Positions 13,647-26,704 of a DNA stretch of 64,000 nucleotides are shown here, piece after piece. Source of the DNA: Eledone cirrhosa (taxonomy: Eukaryota); NCBI GenBank assembly GCA_964016885.1, contig OZ024742.1:206460001-206524000 (forward strand). Direction: 5' to 3'. Position 1 is the stretch's first letter. Each line of letters begins with the position of its first letter. A program made the position numbers and the translations under genes. The notes beneath the pieces were generated by a model. That model made no database searches and had not been told where the DNA came from. It saw nothing but the letters and a program-made list of their open reading frames with translations.

Positions 13647-14499
13647 TTAATGTTTGTATAACAGCATTACCATAATTTCTTATCTGCGAGCTTAGGCGAG
13701 CAGAATCTGGATGTATTTTCTAAGCCAGATGCTTTTCTTGCCACCTCATCACCTCTTATAATATGAAGGACATGCTATAGATATTATAAAACTGGGATTA
13801 TCCAAAAAGGAAAACAAAAAATAAGCATAAAAACAAAAAGTATCTCCTAAAACATCAGAGTTTATAAACATGATAAAGTTGTTTTATTTTATGCTTCAAG
13901 CTAAGAAATAAATTTGAGTAGCCTGCAAATACAGTATTCAATGTTATATCAGATCCAAATTAATATTCTTCTCAACTACTCGACTTTTGTTTTTGTTTTG
14001 CCCAAATTGGCTTTCCAAACTATTTCAGTTTATTAACCAAACAGTTCTATTTATATAACAATAATTTGGTTACTGTTATTGTCTTCTGTTTTTCCAGACT
14101 TTACTTTATATTTTTGCATTTTCTCTACTTCAAACTATGTCCATCATTAGCTGCATTCAACTTCTGTAAACAAATCACTCTAACACAGACAAATCTATTA
14201 AAAAATACATTCAAGAACAGCTTGAAATAATAGAAATTTAGTGCAAAGTACTAATTAGATTCTAACCACTATGAATGACTACAGGTAGGGAAAAATATGT
14301 CTAAATAACTTCTCGCATCAATTATTGAGTGCTGAAATCTATAAGTCCATTATTGGTTACATAAGGCTGCTGTTTCTTAACATACATATTCTTTATTCCA
14401 GACAAAAAACAAATAAGAGATACTATATTTACCTCATAAGACTGAATGATTAAAAGTAAGTGTAGAAGGAATTAAGAGATATTATTGCCAGGAATAATC

Positions 14500-14688
14500 A
14501 GGTGGTAGATTGGCAGTATCGGTAAGTGTCAGACACCATGTTTTGCAGCAGACAGTTATGGCCCTTTACATTCTGAGTTCAAATCCCGCTGAGGTTAACT
14601 TTGCCTTTCGTCCTTACAGGGTCAATAAAATGAAGCACCAGTAATGCACTGGGATAATTGCTGGCCTTGTGCCAAAAGTAGAAATAAT
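14500..14688 (+). mobile_element. SINE family A with TSD
   Basis: TSD ATTATTGCCAGGAATA at 14481 and 14687. Confidence 0.9.
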
Positions 14689-16134
14689 TATTGCCAGGAA
14701 TATAACACAAGTATGCTTAAAGGCCTTTGTGTGTAGCCGGTACTTATTTTGTCAACTATTAATTGGTGGAGTAGGAATATTATTAGCAGAGAAGTGTATA
14801 AGAAATATCTCTGACTAGTCATAGACAACACAACAGTAGCAGTGATCTCTACATATACAATTGAGCAGATTACCTCAATAACAAAAGACATATAGTAGCT
14901 TCATAATCACAGCTGGTAATTTTAATAGACATTAACATTGGTTAAGCAACAGGTTGTGAATATCTAACACTTCCCCAGTGATGAACGTGCAATTCAATAT
15001 AAAATGCTAATTAACAACCTAATTGCAATTCAATATAAAATGCTAATTAGCAAGATCTAGAACTTAGAAACACAAGACAGTCTGGAGGAGGAAACTGAAA
15101 AATCTCTTCAGAAAATGTAGATTCAAAGAAATACTTATTGATGCATATGATGAAAAGTAGGAGGAGACAGAGATTTATAACATAAGGGCTAACTTACTGT
15201 GCCTGACAAACCAGATCCATAGATGGAACAAGTATCTAATAATATAAAAAATAAAATAACATGTTAGTTGAATAATACAGCACATAGAGCTATGAAAGCT
15301 AGAAGGTAGGCCTGGAAAGATTTAAAGAAAGTGGGAGAAAGGAGCAATATCAGATAGCTAAAACAGAAACTAGATGTCAGATAGTAATAGACTTGCCTAT
15401 GTTCTGCAGTGAGAAAATCAAGATGTTGTTTGGATTGTATATGGAATAACAAAGTAATTTACCTTCACTGATATCCAGAAGAAAGGAGAATAGAAATGTT
15501 ACTATAAGACATTGAAGAATGAGGAGAGTACAAAAAAACTACTCTAAGTAGGTCCAACAGAGAGATCAGCTTATGAAATTGTTCTATGGTTGAAAGTGTG
15601 AGTAGGGGTATGAGGGCCAGGACAACTATTGAATTATAAGAGATAGTTGATGAGATCCTGAAAATATTTGGCAAAGTAGGAAGGATATTTGCTATTTATT
15701 CACATAGTCAACCAGGTATCACAGAGAGGTGACATACCCAGTGACTTGTGTAGCAGTATTATCATCGACTGCTTCAGAGACAAAGAAATAATTACAGAGG
15801 CATCAAACCATTGGATAACATTATAAAAGTAACAGAAAGAACAGGTCTGGACTTTCATCTACTGAGCCCCTAAGTTATTTGAGGCCCCTCTCTAAAGAAA
15901 TTTAGGTAACAAAATCTAAAATAATTATGTATGATTATGGGACAGCAGTCGAAGTTGCCAGGGGCTACCTTGGTGGCCAATGGCCCTGGGGTTCTGTGTC
16001 CCTTGTTTGTGTTATTGTTTTTGAAAAATTGTTATGGTTTTCCCTTGGGAAATTGTTTTTTGTTTGTTGTCTTGTCCTCTTTTTGATATTTTTCTTAAGT
16101 TGCAGCGACCTCACCTCAAATTATGAACATTATA

Positions 16135-16240
16135 TTCTTTCCGATGAAGTGCAATATTTTATGTAATGCTTATGATTGAGCATAATACTATGCAATTAGA
16201 GCTCATAGACTGATATTGTATAGAAACATATGTTAAAGAA
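16135..16240 (+). ncRNA. Type I hammerhead-like motif with large helix-II insertion
   Basis: TTCTTT-CCGATGA-aGTGCAATATT...GATATTGTATa-GAAA-CATATG-TT-AAAGAA. Helix III is palindromic and the core has one change (U4C). Confidence 0.7.
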
Positions 16241-16339
16241 CAAACACTAAATAAATTTTTCTCTTCTAACCTTTACTTCTTGCCTAATCATTTGTTTTTC
16301 CTGGTACTATACCTCTAATATTATACATATATACATATA

Positions 16340-16552
16340 TATATATATATATTCTTATATAGGCACAAGGCCAGCAATTTGGGGGGAGGGAAAGTCTATT
16401 AAATCGACCCCAGTGCATGACTAGTACTTTATTTTATCGACCCCATAAGGATGAAAGGCAAAGTTAACCTGGACGAGATTTGAATTCAGTTCATAAAGGA
16501 CATAACTCTATGATGCAAAGCAAGGTGTCCGACTCTCTACCGATACTGCCAA
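16340..16552 (-). mobile_element. SINE family A (long variant)
   Basis: Matches the family consensus. Confidence 0.85.
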
Positions 16553-17032
16553 TAATATAATATAAAGAGTGGTATGCACATGCTGTAAAATAGCTTTAGC
16601 TTATATAATAGAGTGAAGACCTTTAAAAAGATGTTGCCATCAGCTGGTATGAAGAATCAAACCGTGTATATCCCAGATCCTGGCTTGGTACTTTTAAACA
16701 CACACGTATGTATATGTATACACATAGAGAAAGATTGGGAGTTACCAGTTTAGACTCGTAAGACCATGTTCAGCTATGTAGTGGATACTTGGTTGGGTAA
16801 GTAGAGTGTATGTATTATAAATATATATACTCTACTTATATATATATATATATATATATATAGATAATTGCATGTGATATGCATAATTTTGTATTGTGTA
16901 TGAAATAAATACGACCTGGATACCAGACATTCAACCTAAAAATAAATTGCATATACTATGTGTATAATATGAGGAAAATAATATTCACAAATATTCATAT
17001 TTAAATGCTTAAATATCATATGTATAATATAA

Positions 17033-17187
17033 CTGTTTCGACTTTTGGCACAAGGTCAGCAATTACCCAGTACATTACTGGTACTCTATTTTATCGACCC
17101 GTAAGGATGAAAGGCAAAGTGATCCTCGGCGGGATTTGAACTCAGACCGTAAAGCATGGCATCCGACTCTCTACCGATACTGCCAAT
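17033..17187 (-). mobile_element. SINE family A
   Basis: Matches the family consensus. Confidence 0.85.
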
Positions 17188-20100
17188 TATAACGATGAAT
17201 AAACATGAGTGTATATATGTTTGTTTGTGTATGTATATATTTTCATTGAATGTTTATGCATATATCCTAGCTTGCAGAGCTGTTTATATCTATTATATGC
17301 ATATATATATCTATATCATTGTTTATATACATACTTTATATATATAAACACACACCACATACACACACACATATATATATAAGTATAATTAAAGTTTGTA
17401 GTCTACAAACGTGATATTTTGGGGAGATTCTAAGCATTTATGAACATTTTTTTTTCATTTATATATTTCAGAGTATACAGAAGCCAACAAATGAAGCTGT
17501 CAACGTACCCACCAACAAATGTGTGTGTGTGTGTGTGTGCGTATATATATATCATTATCATCATCATCATCATCATTTTAATGGGTGCTATGCCTTAATA
17601 CATTAACCATTTGAACTTAGATGGCAAAACAGTAAAAAGAAGGCTATTGTTAGAACTTGATACAGATTATTCTGAAAGTCTAAGTTATGACACATTTAAT
17701 GTATATTTATTATTATACGTACATCCAGTTGATTATAGTGATACTTCAACAAGGTTCTGTAAGTAAACTAGATAAAAATCTAACAATTGTATACTTGCTG
17801 TTATGTGTTTCTCTTGCGTCTCTTTGCTCTCCACCCCACCATATATTTTGCACTTAATCTCTATAGATAATCAACATAATAATATTCCTGTCCACCATTC
17901 TAGTTATCTCTTTGCCTGTCTGTCTAGAGATCTCTCTCATCCCTTATTTCAGCATTTCCATATAAAAAACAACTTATTTATTTAATACATACACTTATAC
18001 TCACAATGCATATAATGCATATATATATGATTAATAATAGCTATAACATGATTAATGGTAGTTAATAGTTATGCATACTTAGGGATTGGATAGACACACA
18101 CATATGCACACACTAACACATACTCACTGGGGCAATGGCAAGATCAAGGGTCATCCTTGTTTATTAGCAGAACTTAATAAAAAAAAAAGCATCATACAAA
18201 ACCTTCAGTTGAACCCTATTTTTTAGGGTTTCTGGCCAACACTTACTGATTTTTGCATTGTTCTTGTAATTTTACTGGCTTAAACCTATTCACAAGAGTA
18301 AATCTTTGTGAAATATAATTGTCTATAAGGCAGGATATTTTGAATGTATCTGTGATCAGATTGAACTGTAAGAGTTCACACTGTTATTGACCTAATAAAC
18401 TGAAACTACATTTTTGACACAATACAGCATGTATATAGGTGGAAAATTGGCAGAGTTGTTAGAATGTCAGATAGAGTGATTTGCAGTATTTATTTCAGCT
18501 TGCTGTTCTGGGGTATCCTTTGCCTTTCATCCATTCGAGGTTGATAAAAAAAAGCACCAGTCTAATACGGGGGTCAATTCTTCTTCTATATCTCTTTATC
18601 ACTTCCTTTCTCTCTCTATAGCTTTCTCTGGAAGAAATCTGCTGTATTCAGACCTGGAGAGGCGATGGCTCTGCTAGGATTCAAAAGTGCCCGAAGGAGC
18701 ACTGTAAGTCAATATGGCTCCCCTACTACTCCCTCGGAGGTTATGGGTCCATACTATACCATTGCATGCATACATAAATTTTATCATTCAATGGAAAATA
18801 TCAACCTCCTTTGTGTTGGGGCATTAATAAAATGCACCCAGCACATCTTGTAAAGTGGTTGGCATTTGGAAAGCCATCTAGTTATTGAAACCAAACCAAA
18901 AATGGAGCATATTAACTGAGACATGATCCCTCTAGGAGAACAGTAGCTTTAAGTATTGACAATGTCTGTAACAACTTATCTAACTCATGCTAACATGGAA
19001 AAGTAGATGTAAAATGATGGTGATGAATGCATTGAAAGGTTAGAGGGTAGTAGAAAACCATTTGAAAAATTGACATCAACAACGCCACTAGCAACAAAAA
19101 TGATTTCAGAGAGTCTCTATGTGTTTGCTAGAGATAGCAGCTAAAATCTCACCCAAATCACACATCTTACAAAAAGCAAAGGATGCATTAGAAGATGTAA
19201 TCTTAGATGTACTGTCTGAGGAACACATTATATAATGTGGTCCTACATACAATATGTCTGGACAAAAATAAACATTAGATGACCAATGATGAAGTGCCTT
19301 TGCTTAACAGTCTGATCAATCCTGACTGACCTAGGGAAATAATAAAGTGGACACAACAATAACAAAACAGGCTGTTTGTTGCTGTTTTTATTTCACTCCA
19401 GGTCCCCACTGATGTACAGACATTCAACCAGTGACTATTCTATCTATTTAAAGTTATCTATGACTATATTATCTAATATATCCTTCCTCAATTTAAGAGA
19501 GTAGAGTTATTAGAGAAGAGTTATAGATTTGACTAATATTTATAGCAAGTCAAGTGACAATGTAGAAGATCCCTCCACCTCATTAAATAAAACAGGTCTT
19601 ACTAAGTGGCAGATAATATTTTAATAACAACAATGATATTCAACATTATCATTCAGATGTATTGAACCTGTATTGGCACATGAGAATTATTCACAAAATG
19701 ATATATAAAATATTAAAGCAAAAAAAAAAAAAAAAAGAAAAAAAAAAAAAAAAAAAAAACATTAAGGAAAATAAAGTTTCTTTGCTTTGAGGGAGAAAAT
19801 TTCCATCTGAATGGCAATTCATTGAGTTACAGTGATTAAAACAAAATTCCTAGCATGAAGATCAGATGTATCTTCTTCAAATCACACCCTACCATCCTAC
19901 ATGGTAGGGTGTGAGTTGTATATATATGTACACATACACACCCTCTGCCTTCACATTATCCATCTTGTTTTCCACAGCTAAACTTCTCAGTAATACATTA
20001 GTTGTGAACATATTCTATAATGTAATCCTACTTATGCTATGCATGCAAGTTAAAATAAATTTGGTCAAGGGACTTTTTATCGAAGCTGACTAACAACATA

Positions 20101-20554
20101 TGAAGATATAACCATGTAACTGTACACTAAAACAATTTCCTTAACCTCACTCAATTGATTACCACCCACATTTAAATATATCATGGTCCATATGTTAGAC
20201 TAGTTTCTATTGCTCAAAGGAGAGGGGATGGAAGGATGGGAAAAAGATGTTTACGAGGCTTCTTTTTGGTGCTTCAGGCTCCGGACAAATGTATTGGCTG
20301 AACTTTCCTTTTATAGTCACTAATCATTATCATTGGTATAACCTCTTTGTCAAGAATTTGATCCCATTGAATTCATCTCTGTTCATGAAATGCTGGAATA
20401 TGCCTGATTTTAACCTCAAAGAATTCTGACAATGAGGACATGATTAGAACATTGCTGGGTCTACTTTTCCTTATTGTTGGGTTGCTTTTTTCCATTGATA
20501 TTTCCTTCTGACAGTTTTTCTTGCACATCCAATTGTGTGTATGTGTGTGTGTGA

Positions 20555-20958
20555 TAGAGCGTTGAACGCCATACTTTGCAGCATAGAATTACGGCCTTTT
20601 ACGATCTGAGTTCAAATCCTGCTGAGGTTAGCATTGTTTTTCATCCTTATGGGGGTCGATAAAATAAAGCATCAGTAAAGCACAGGGGTTGATTTAATCG
20701 ACTTTTCCCTCTCCCCAAATTACTGGCCTTGTGCACATAGTAGAAATCATTATTATTATCCTCAGTGGCGGTGGATTGGCAGTATCAGTAGAGGGTCGGA
20801 CGCCATGCTTTGCAGCATAGAGTTACGGCCCTTTGTGGTCTGAGTTCAAATCCCGCCGAGGTTAACTTTGCCTTTCATCCTTACGGGGTCGATGAAATAA
20901 AGTACCAGTAATACACTGGGATAATTGCTGGCCTTGTGCCTAAAGTAGAAACAATTAT
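20555..20958 (+). mobile_element. Two stacked SINE family A copies (long then short variant)
   Basis: Copies start at about 20555 and 20767. Confidence 0.85.
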
Positions 20959-21649
20959 CCTCAACATTTTTACACCTGGTTTTCCATGCTGGCATGGATT
21001 GGATAGCACTTTTCAATGCATTGTATTATGATCAGATGCCCTTCATAATTCCAACCCATTTAATTGCTTCTTTTGGCATGCAGTGACACTGTACATATGT
21101 GTTTATCTTCATATGTGTCTTTACATTGGCACCATTTTGGGATATATGGTTCAATGGTGAAGATCAGTGGATTAACTACTACACTTAGAAATATGTAAAG
21201 GTTGGCATCAGAATAGGCATTTGGTCATAGAAGCCTGCTACTAAAATTTCCTATGATGATGATGATGTTGAAGATGATGATGATATGTATACATTCACTT
21301 ACAAATTCTTCAATTTATGACAGAAAGAAAAAGTTATTCCAATCTGAAGCATTCAGAGAAAACAGACATTAAATGAAGATGAGGATTATGTGCTCTGCAT
21401 GAATATCTATGCTGAACATAACAGGGCAGTTGTCATATCTTGGCACAGCTAGAGAGTTTTTCTGATCCTTTGTTTAGCAGGTTTTCTGTTTGCTGGTTTC
21501 CCCTTCCTATCACCAACTACTTTACAAAGTGTATTGAGTATATTAATCATGTAGATCACCAACACTAGAGAGGTATGCTCTTGACATAAAGGAAACACCA
21601 TGCTCATACAACACACAAACACACAAGAAAGTTGTTTAGATCAAGTGAT

Positions 21650-22280
21650 GCATGTACTTGAAGTTTTTTAAGTGAAGAAAGGCCTTGCACTGGAGCCATC
21701 CCACTTTGAACAACGGTGACAGGTGTCCAAAAAGAAGAACAGGTCAACATCATTGGCTGCCATTGAGTTGCATGCTTTACATCAGAGTTTTCCTTCTCCT
21801 AGAATGATGTCCTAACAAAAACTAGGGGGTTTCTCATTCCTGGTGGACTAACTGCCTACTAAGGCACCAGACCAAGTATTTCTATGTCTCTGCGCACATA
21901 CTTACACACATGCATACATACATGATGATGGCTGCCCCCTCGTTATCAAGTATGGCCATTGCACGATATACCATTATTAATAATTATTAATTAATTCTAT
22001 AGTGCAATGCCTGTGCGTGAAGATATTTTTTAAAGTGAGGAAAGACTATGCACTGAGCCAATCCCACTCTCTGAGCGACAGTAGCTGTAACCCCCAAAAA
22101 AGAAAAGATCAACATCATCGGTAACTACTGAGCTGCAAGTTTTATATCGGGGCTATCCCAGTTTCCTGAGTTGCCTTCTCCTAGAAGAATGCCCTGACAA
22201 AGGCTAGGGAACCTTCACTCCCAGTGGTTTAACCGTGCGATCAGGTGTCCAGCCCGACTATTTCTATGTCCCCGCGCATA
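21650..22280. repeat. Two diverged tandem copies of a roughly 250-bp non-coding repeat
   Basis: Shared TT.AAGTGA.GAAAG..TGCACTG.AGCCA.TCCCACT, CCTTCTCCTAGAA and TATTTCTATGTC at about 21665-21895 and 22025-22280. Confidence 0.65.
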
Positions 22281-23003
22281 TACATACACATGCACCCATG
22301 TATATACACATATACATATACATACATATGTACATGTGTATATACACATTTACACATTTTTGGATGGCCGTTGACTCTTATGAGTTCTTCCGCCCTTTGT
22401 CAGGTTTTGTTTTTTGTCCTGCAGGGTGTTCAAAATCACTCTCCTCACCAAGTAAACTTGGTGGGGTTGCCAGTTTAGTCACCGACGACCCAACCATGCG
22501 ACAGGTTGTACTGGGTTATATGTTACAAGAGTGACCAACATACATACATACATGTTGATGCTGATTGATAGCATCTATATTGGTGTGTGTGAATAGACAT
22601 TCTTCTTCCTTTGCATTTAGTCTAAGCTTTGAATTTTAGAAAGATGATATTTTGTAAGGATGCAATAGTAAAATGCTTACATAACTGCTTAATTAAGAAC
22701 AGTAAAATATGGTAGTTAGAACAGTGAATTATAGTGAAATCTGACATATTAATTAAAAAGAGAAACCATCGAAGAATAAATATTTATCAGGATGCTAAAA
22801 GCCTATTTATATTTGGTGAGCATGCTTCTGGGAAGTAAAATAATATTTTAAATGGTTATGGATGCATGAATGTAAGCATGCATACATGCTTGTGTTTTGT
22901 CAGTGCATATAAATATAATACAGAATAGCCACAGAAAGTAATCTCAGCAATATAAGAAATACACACACACACACATATATATATATATACCAATGTGTGT
23001 ACA

Positions 23004-23037
<34 letters not shown>

Positions 23038-23321
23038 AATATATATATAAATATGGGTCTGCTATAAGCAAGGTATGATGCAGCCAATTGGCCAGACCCT
23101 CCTAATAATGGGATCACCCACTTCCACATTGTAAGTAAATGTGGTTGGTGTTAGGAAGGGCATCCAGTCATAAAAGCCCCAGGCAAAATACAGTTCTGTT
23201 TGAACAAGGTACAGCACAGACTTGTATCATAATGTGGACGACCAATCTAACCCATGAAATCACAGAAATATAGACATTCAATGGTGATGATGGTGTATAT
23301 ATATATATATATATATATATA

Positions 23322-23486
23322 CTGTATTTCCTGGTGCCGAAGACGCTTCGTCCTTGAGGACACACCCTAATTTTGACAACCCAAAATTTGAAATTATATA
23401 ATATACAATCGGCCACCAGGATTCATGGTAGATTTTTGAGACTTTTTTTAGGAAAAAAGTAGCGTCTTTGAGGCTGGGAAATATGG
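23322..23486. mobile_element. pogo/Tigger-like MITE
   Basis: TIRs CTGTATTTCCTGGTGCCGAAGACGC / GCGTCTTTGAGGCTGGGAAATATGG, with TA at the left flank. Confidence 0.65.
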
Positions 23487-23669
23487 TTATCAATTAAAAC
23501 AACTAATTATACATAACTCATCCTATGGACTAAGTGCTCTAAACTCTTGTATATTCATACCAAGTTTGTACTATAGTATATGTATATCAACATCAACAAA
23601 TGAATGGACCTGACATTTTTTGCAATTCTAACCTAACCGTCCCCTCAATCTATCTTATTTCTCATTCTT

Positions 23670-23705
23670 TCTTCTGATGAAGGACTAGCGTCCGAAACGT
23701 TAAGA
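23670..23705 (+). ncRNA. Minimal type I hammerhead motif (PLE-type)
   Basis: TCTT-CTGATGA-a-GGAC tagc GTCC-GAAA-CG-TT-AAGA, with palindromic ACGT helix III. Confidence 0.75.
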
Positions 23706-23874
23706 CCCTCTTCCTGCTATTTCAAGCGTTAACTTAATATATTCCTTCCATATACTGTACCAATTGTGTTGTTATTTCTGTTTACCTTTTATATACATAT
23801 ATATCCACATATATTACTAATATTACTTTTTGCTATTCTGAATTTAGTAGATCCTGCGTATTCAGTAACAATAT

Positions 23875-24344
23875 GTCTTGTTTTAAGTTGTAATCATGTC
23901 ACAACTACTTCAGTAACCACTTGAGAATAGTAGACACTAGTGTTTCGGGATTTTTATCCATCTTCAGTGATATTTAATCACTCGGTACTGAGGCGAGAAT
24001 CAGCTACAGCTTATATAGATTTTGTGAAACATATACGTTTATTAAGCATAAACATTCTGTATATGTTATTATATATAACTCTATTAGGAATCATGCTATG
24101 TTAGTACTACTGCTAATTGATGCCAACCTATTAAGTTCACTTACAGTCCATCAAGTTCACATTGCAAATGACCACATCCAGTAGAGGTTTCATGCACAAT
24201 CTCTATAAGCTGTAGCTTATACTTGCCTCAATACTAAGTGAATAAATGTTACTGAAAATGGATAAAAATATTGAAACACTAGCGTCTGGAATTCTTACAT
24301 AGCTACTGTGGTAACTGTGACATAGTCATAGCTGAAAACAAGAC
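23875..24344. repeat. Diverged inverted repeat with decayed HHR motifs in both arms
   Basis: Arms at about 23875-24030 and 24187-24344. Minus-strand motif 23928-23972 reads CTGAAGA-tGGAT aaaa ATCCc-GAAA-CACTAGTG-TC. The plus-strand copy is at 24247-24290. Confidence 0.7.
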
Positions 24345-24995
24345 TTGTAATTATTTTTTATTGTCGCACCAGCACTATCCCCTTGCAGCATGGACTGGGT
24401 GCTTTTCTATTGTAGCTCCAGCACAACCCCTTTACATGGTGGATTGGGTGCTTTTTTTTATATTGTAGCACCAACACTAATACTTTATAGGATGAACTGG
24501 ATGTATTTTATATATGTATTTGTGTATGTATGTTTAATTATCTGTTTTGATGGTATTGGTTGGTGGGGAGTATTTTTACATACTTATGATTGTATGTAAA
24601 TCCACGTTGATGGTGGAACAAACATATGCGTTTTTGCAAATCTCAAATTTGGTGATTGCTATTTTGGGAAACATCCGTAACCCTTCTTTCTTTTCCAGCA
24701 CACAGGGTCTATTTGTAGCACGAAACACTCCATTATAATATGATGAAGTGATTTTTACAGCTTGCTGTTTAATGCTACGTGCATTAACAAAAAACAGTTT
24801 TTGAAATGCTCACGCTCGTAACATATACATTATATTGATGCATTTACACATATATAAACATTTAGATGTTATTTGATACATAGCCATATTCATAACATGT
24901 ATAAGCTTATATCTAATGTATGTGTTTGTTTCCTGTCATTTACATAAATATATTTATAATTGAGTCAATAAATTCAACGCTTTATTCACATATTT

Positions 24996-25039
<44 letters not shown>

Positions 25040-25654
25040 AATATTGAGTTATAAACTCGAAATAGCTTAAAATTTACAATTAAATAGCTCAAAGATGGGA
25101 ATATTTCTGAGCCGTGTAATACAAATGAATATATGAGGGATGAACACCTATACACTTATACATGTGTTCGAATTGCAAATGACCAAGTTAACTAGGTTGA
25201 AAAATACTAATTTAACATAATATCGTTGGCCTGTCTCAATTTAAAATAATAAATCAATAAAAATAACAAACCTATATTGGCAATGGCCGTGATACCCGGA
25301 CAAATTCTAAATTTGTTTCGCAACAATTAAGTGAAAGTTACTATTCCTGTGCTCTTCTGCGGGTATCCAGGAAAATGTGTATCAATCTCTTCAGAATACT
25401 TAAGAAGACTGAGAAATACGTGTTGTTGGGACTAAAATTAGCTCAACGTATGGAGCCGTGAATATCAAAGAAAGGAATATTTCTGAGCCGTGTAATACAA
25501 ATGAATATATGAGGGATGAACACCTATACAATTATACATATGTTCGAATTGCAAATGACCAAGTTAGCTAGGTTGAAAAATACTAATTTAACATAATATG
25601 GTTTGCCTGTCTCGATTTAAAATAATAAATCAATAAAAATAACAAACCTATATT
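25040..25654 (-). mobile_element. Non-coding HHR-bearing element with 181-bp direct repeats and a 376-bp period (retrozyme/pLTR-like)
   Basis: Near-identical repeats at 25098-25278 and 25474-25654 with an HHR between them and (TA)n flanks. Confidence 0.75.
25291..25367 (-). ncRNA. Type I hammerhead motif, CAGAAGA core variant
   Basis: GATACCCG-CAGAAGA-GCA...TGC-GAAA-CAAATT tag AATTTG-TC-CGGGTATC. Helix I is 8 bp and helix III is 6 bp. Confidence 0.8.
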
Positions 25655-25659
25655 ATATA

Positions 25660-25997
25660 TATATTGAGTTAGAAACTCAAAATAGTCTCTTACAATAAAA
25701 TAGCTCTAGGAAAGATATTTTTCCGAGCCGGAAAATTATTGAATATAAAAGAAAAACGAACACAGATATATACATATCTGTGTTCAAATCGTAAGGGACC
25801 AGATTCGCTAAGGTGAAAAGAATACTCACTATAGACAATAGGGTTTGCCAGACTCAATTTAAGAATAAATCAAGAAAATAAATACAAACCGGAATTGTGG
25901 TAACTACCAATCACCAAGACAACCTTGGTAATGCTGTTTCGCAAAATTAATTGTGAAGAGGAACACCAATTCTTGCTCATCAGTGGGTGAGGAATTA
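25660..25997 (-). mobile_element. Diverged relative of the 25040 element
   Basis: Colinear similarity from ATATTGAGTTA.AAACTC onward, ending in an HHR, with (TA)n flanks. Confidence 0.7.
25911..25990 (-). ncRNA. Type I hammerhead motif with canonical core
   Basis: TCACCCA-CTGATGA-GCAA...TTGC-GAAA-CAGC attaccaag GTTG-TC-TTGGTGA. Helix I has one mismatch. Confidence 0.8.
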
Positions 25998-26037
25998 GTA
26001 TATATATATATATATATAGTAATAATAATAAATGTGA

Positions 26038-26104
26038 AGAAGATCCCGTTAAGGGTGAAAGCAGCAATTCTTTGCTTAAACTTTAATCTGTTATTTTAAT
26101 AAAT
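26038..26104 (+). repeat. 5'-truncated copy of the HHR element at 58240
   Basis: AGAAGATCCCGTTAAGGGTGAAAGCAGC..TTATTTTAAT followed by (TA)n. Confidence 0.85.
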
Positions 26105-26106
26105 AT

Positions 26107-26147
<41 letters not shown>

Positions 26148-26150
<3 letters not shown>

Positions 26151-26698
26151 CGTTTCTGAATTTGTTTAGCAAGATTCTTTATCTGAAAACGTGTGTTGAA
26201 ACCGATATTGTTATACTTGGGGGGGGGGGGTCATGTTGCCAATAAGAAACACACGCACCAGATGTTTCACTTCAATTTATTATAATAAATTTATAAATTT
26301 AGGAATTTATAAATTTCCGGCTGGTTGGTTGGTTCCACAACCAGATGATTGTTTATATATTGTCAAAGTTCTTTCGTCACACATTCTGTGACCTATTCAG
26401 TGACAGGGGATTCTTTTCTTTGTTTTTGTGCCTCTCCTTTGTTCACAAAAACAAGATGGCGTAGGACAGAACAAAGGAGATGCACAAAAACAAAGAAAAG
26501 AATCCCCAGTCACTGAAGAGGTCACAGAATGTGTGACGAAAGAACTTTGACAATATATAAACAATCAGCTGATTGTGGAACCAACCAACCAACTGGAAAT
26601 TTATAAATTCCTAAATTTATACATTTATTATAATAAATTGAAGTGAAAGCAACTGGTGCGTGTGTTTCTTATTGGAAACATGACCCTCCCAAAGTATA
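26148..26698. mobile_element. PLE pLTR-like fold-back with HHRs in both arms
   Basis: Arms 26212-26444 and 26469-26698. Plus-strand HHR 26509-26551 reads GTCA-CTGAAGA-gGTCAC agaatgt GTGAC-GAAA-GAAC-TT-TGAC. The minus-strand copy 26362-26404 has core CTGAATA. Confidence 0.8.
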
Positions 26699-26704
26699 TA
26701 CATA

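Noticed and set aside
14880-15860. Possible degenerate LINE RT
   Set aside because: It is too decayed to assign by eye.
19720-19759. Long poly(A) as a retrocopy tail
   Set aside because: No upstream ORF and no TSD were found.
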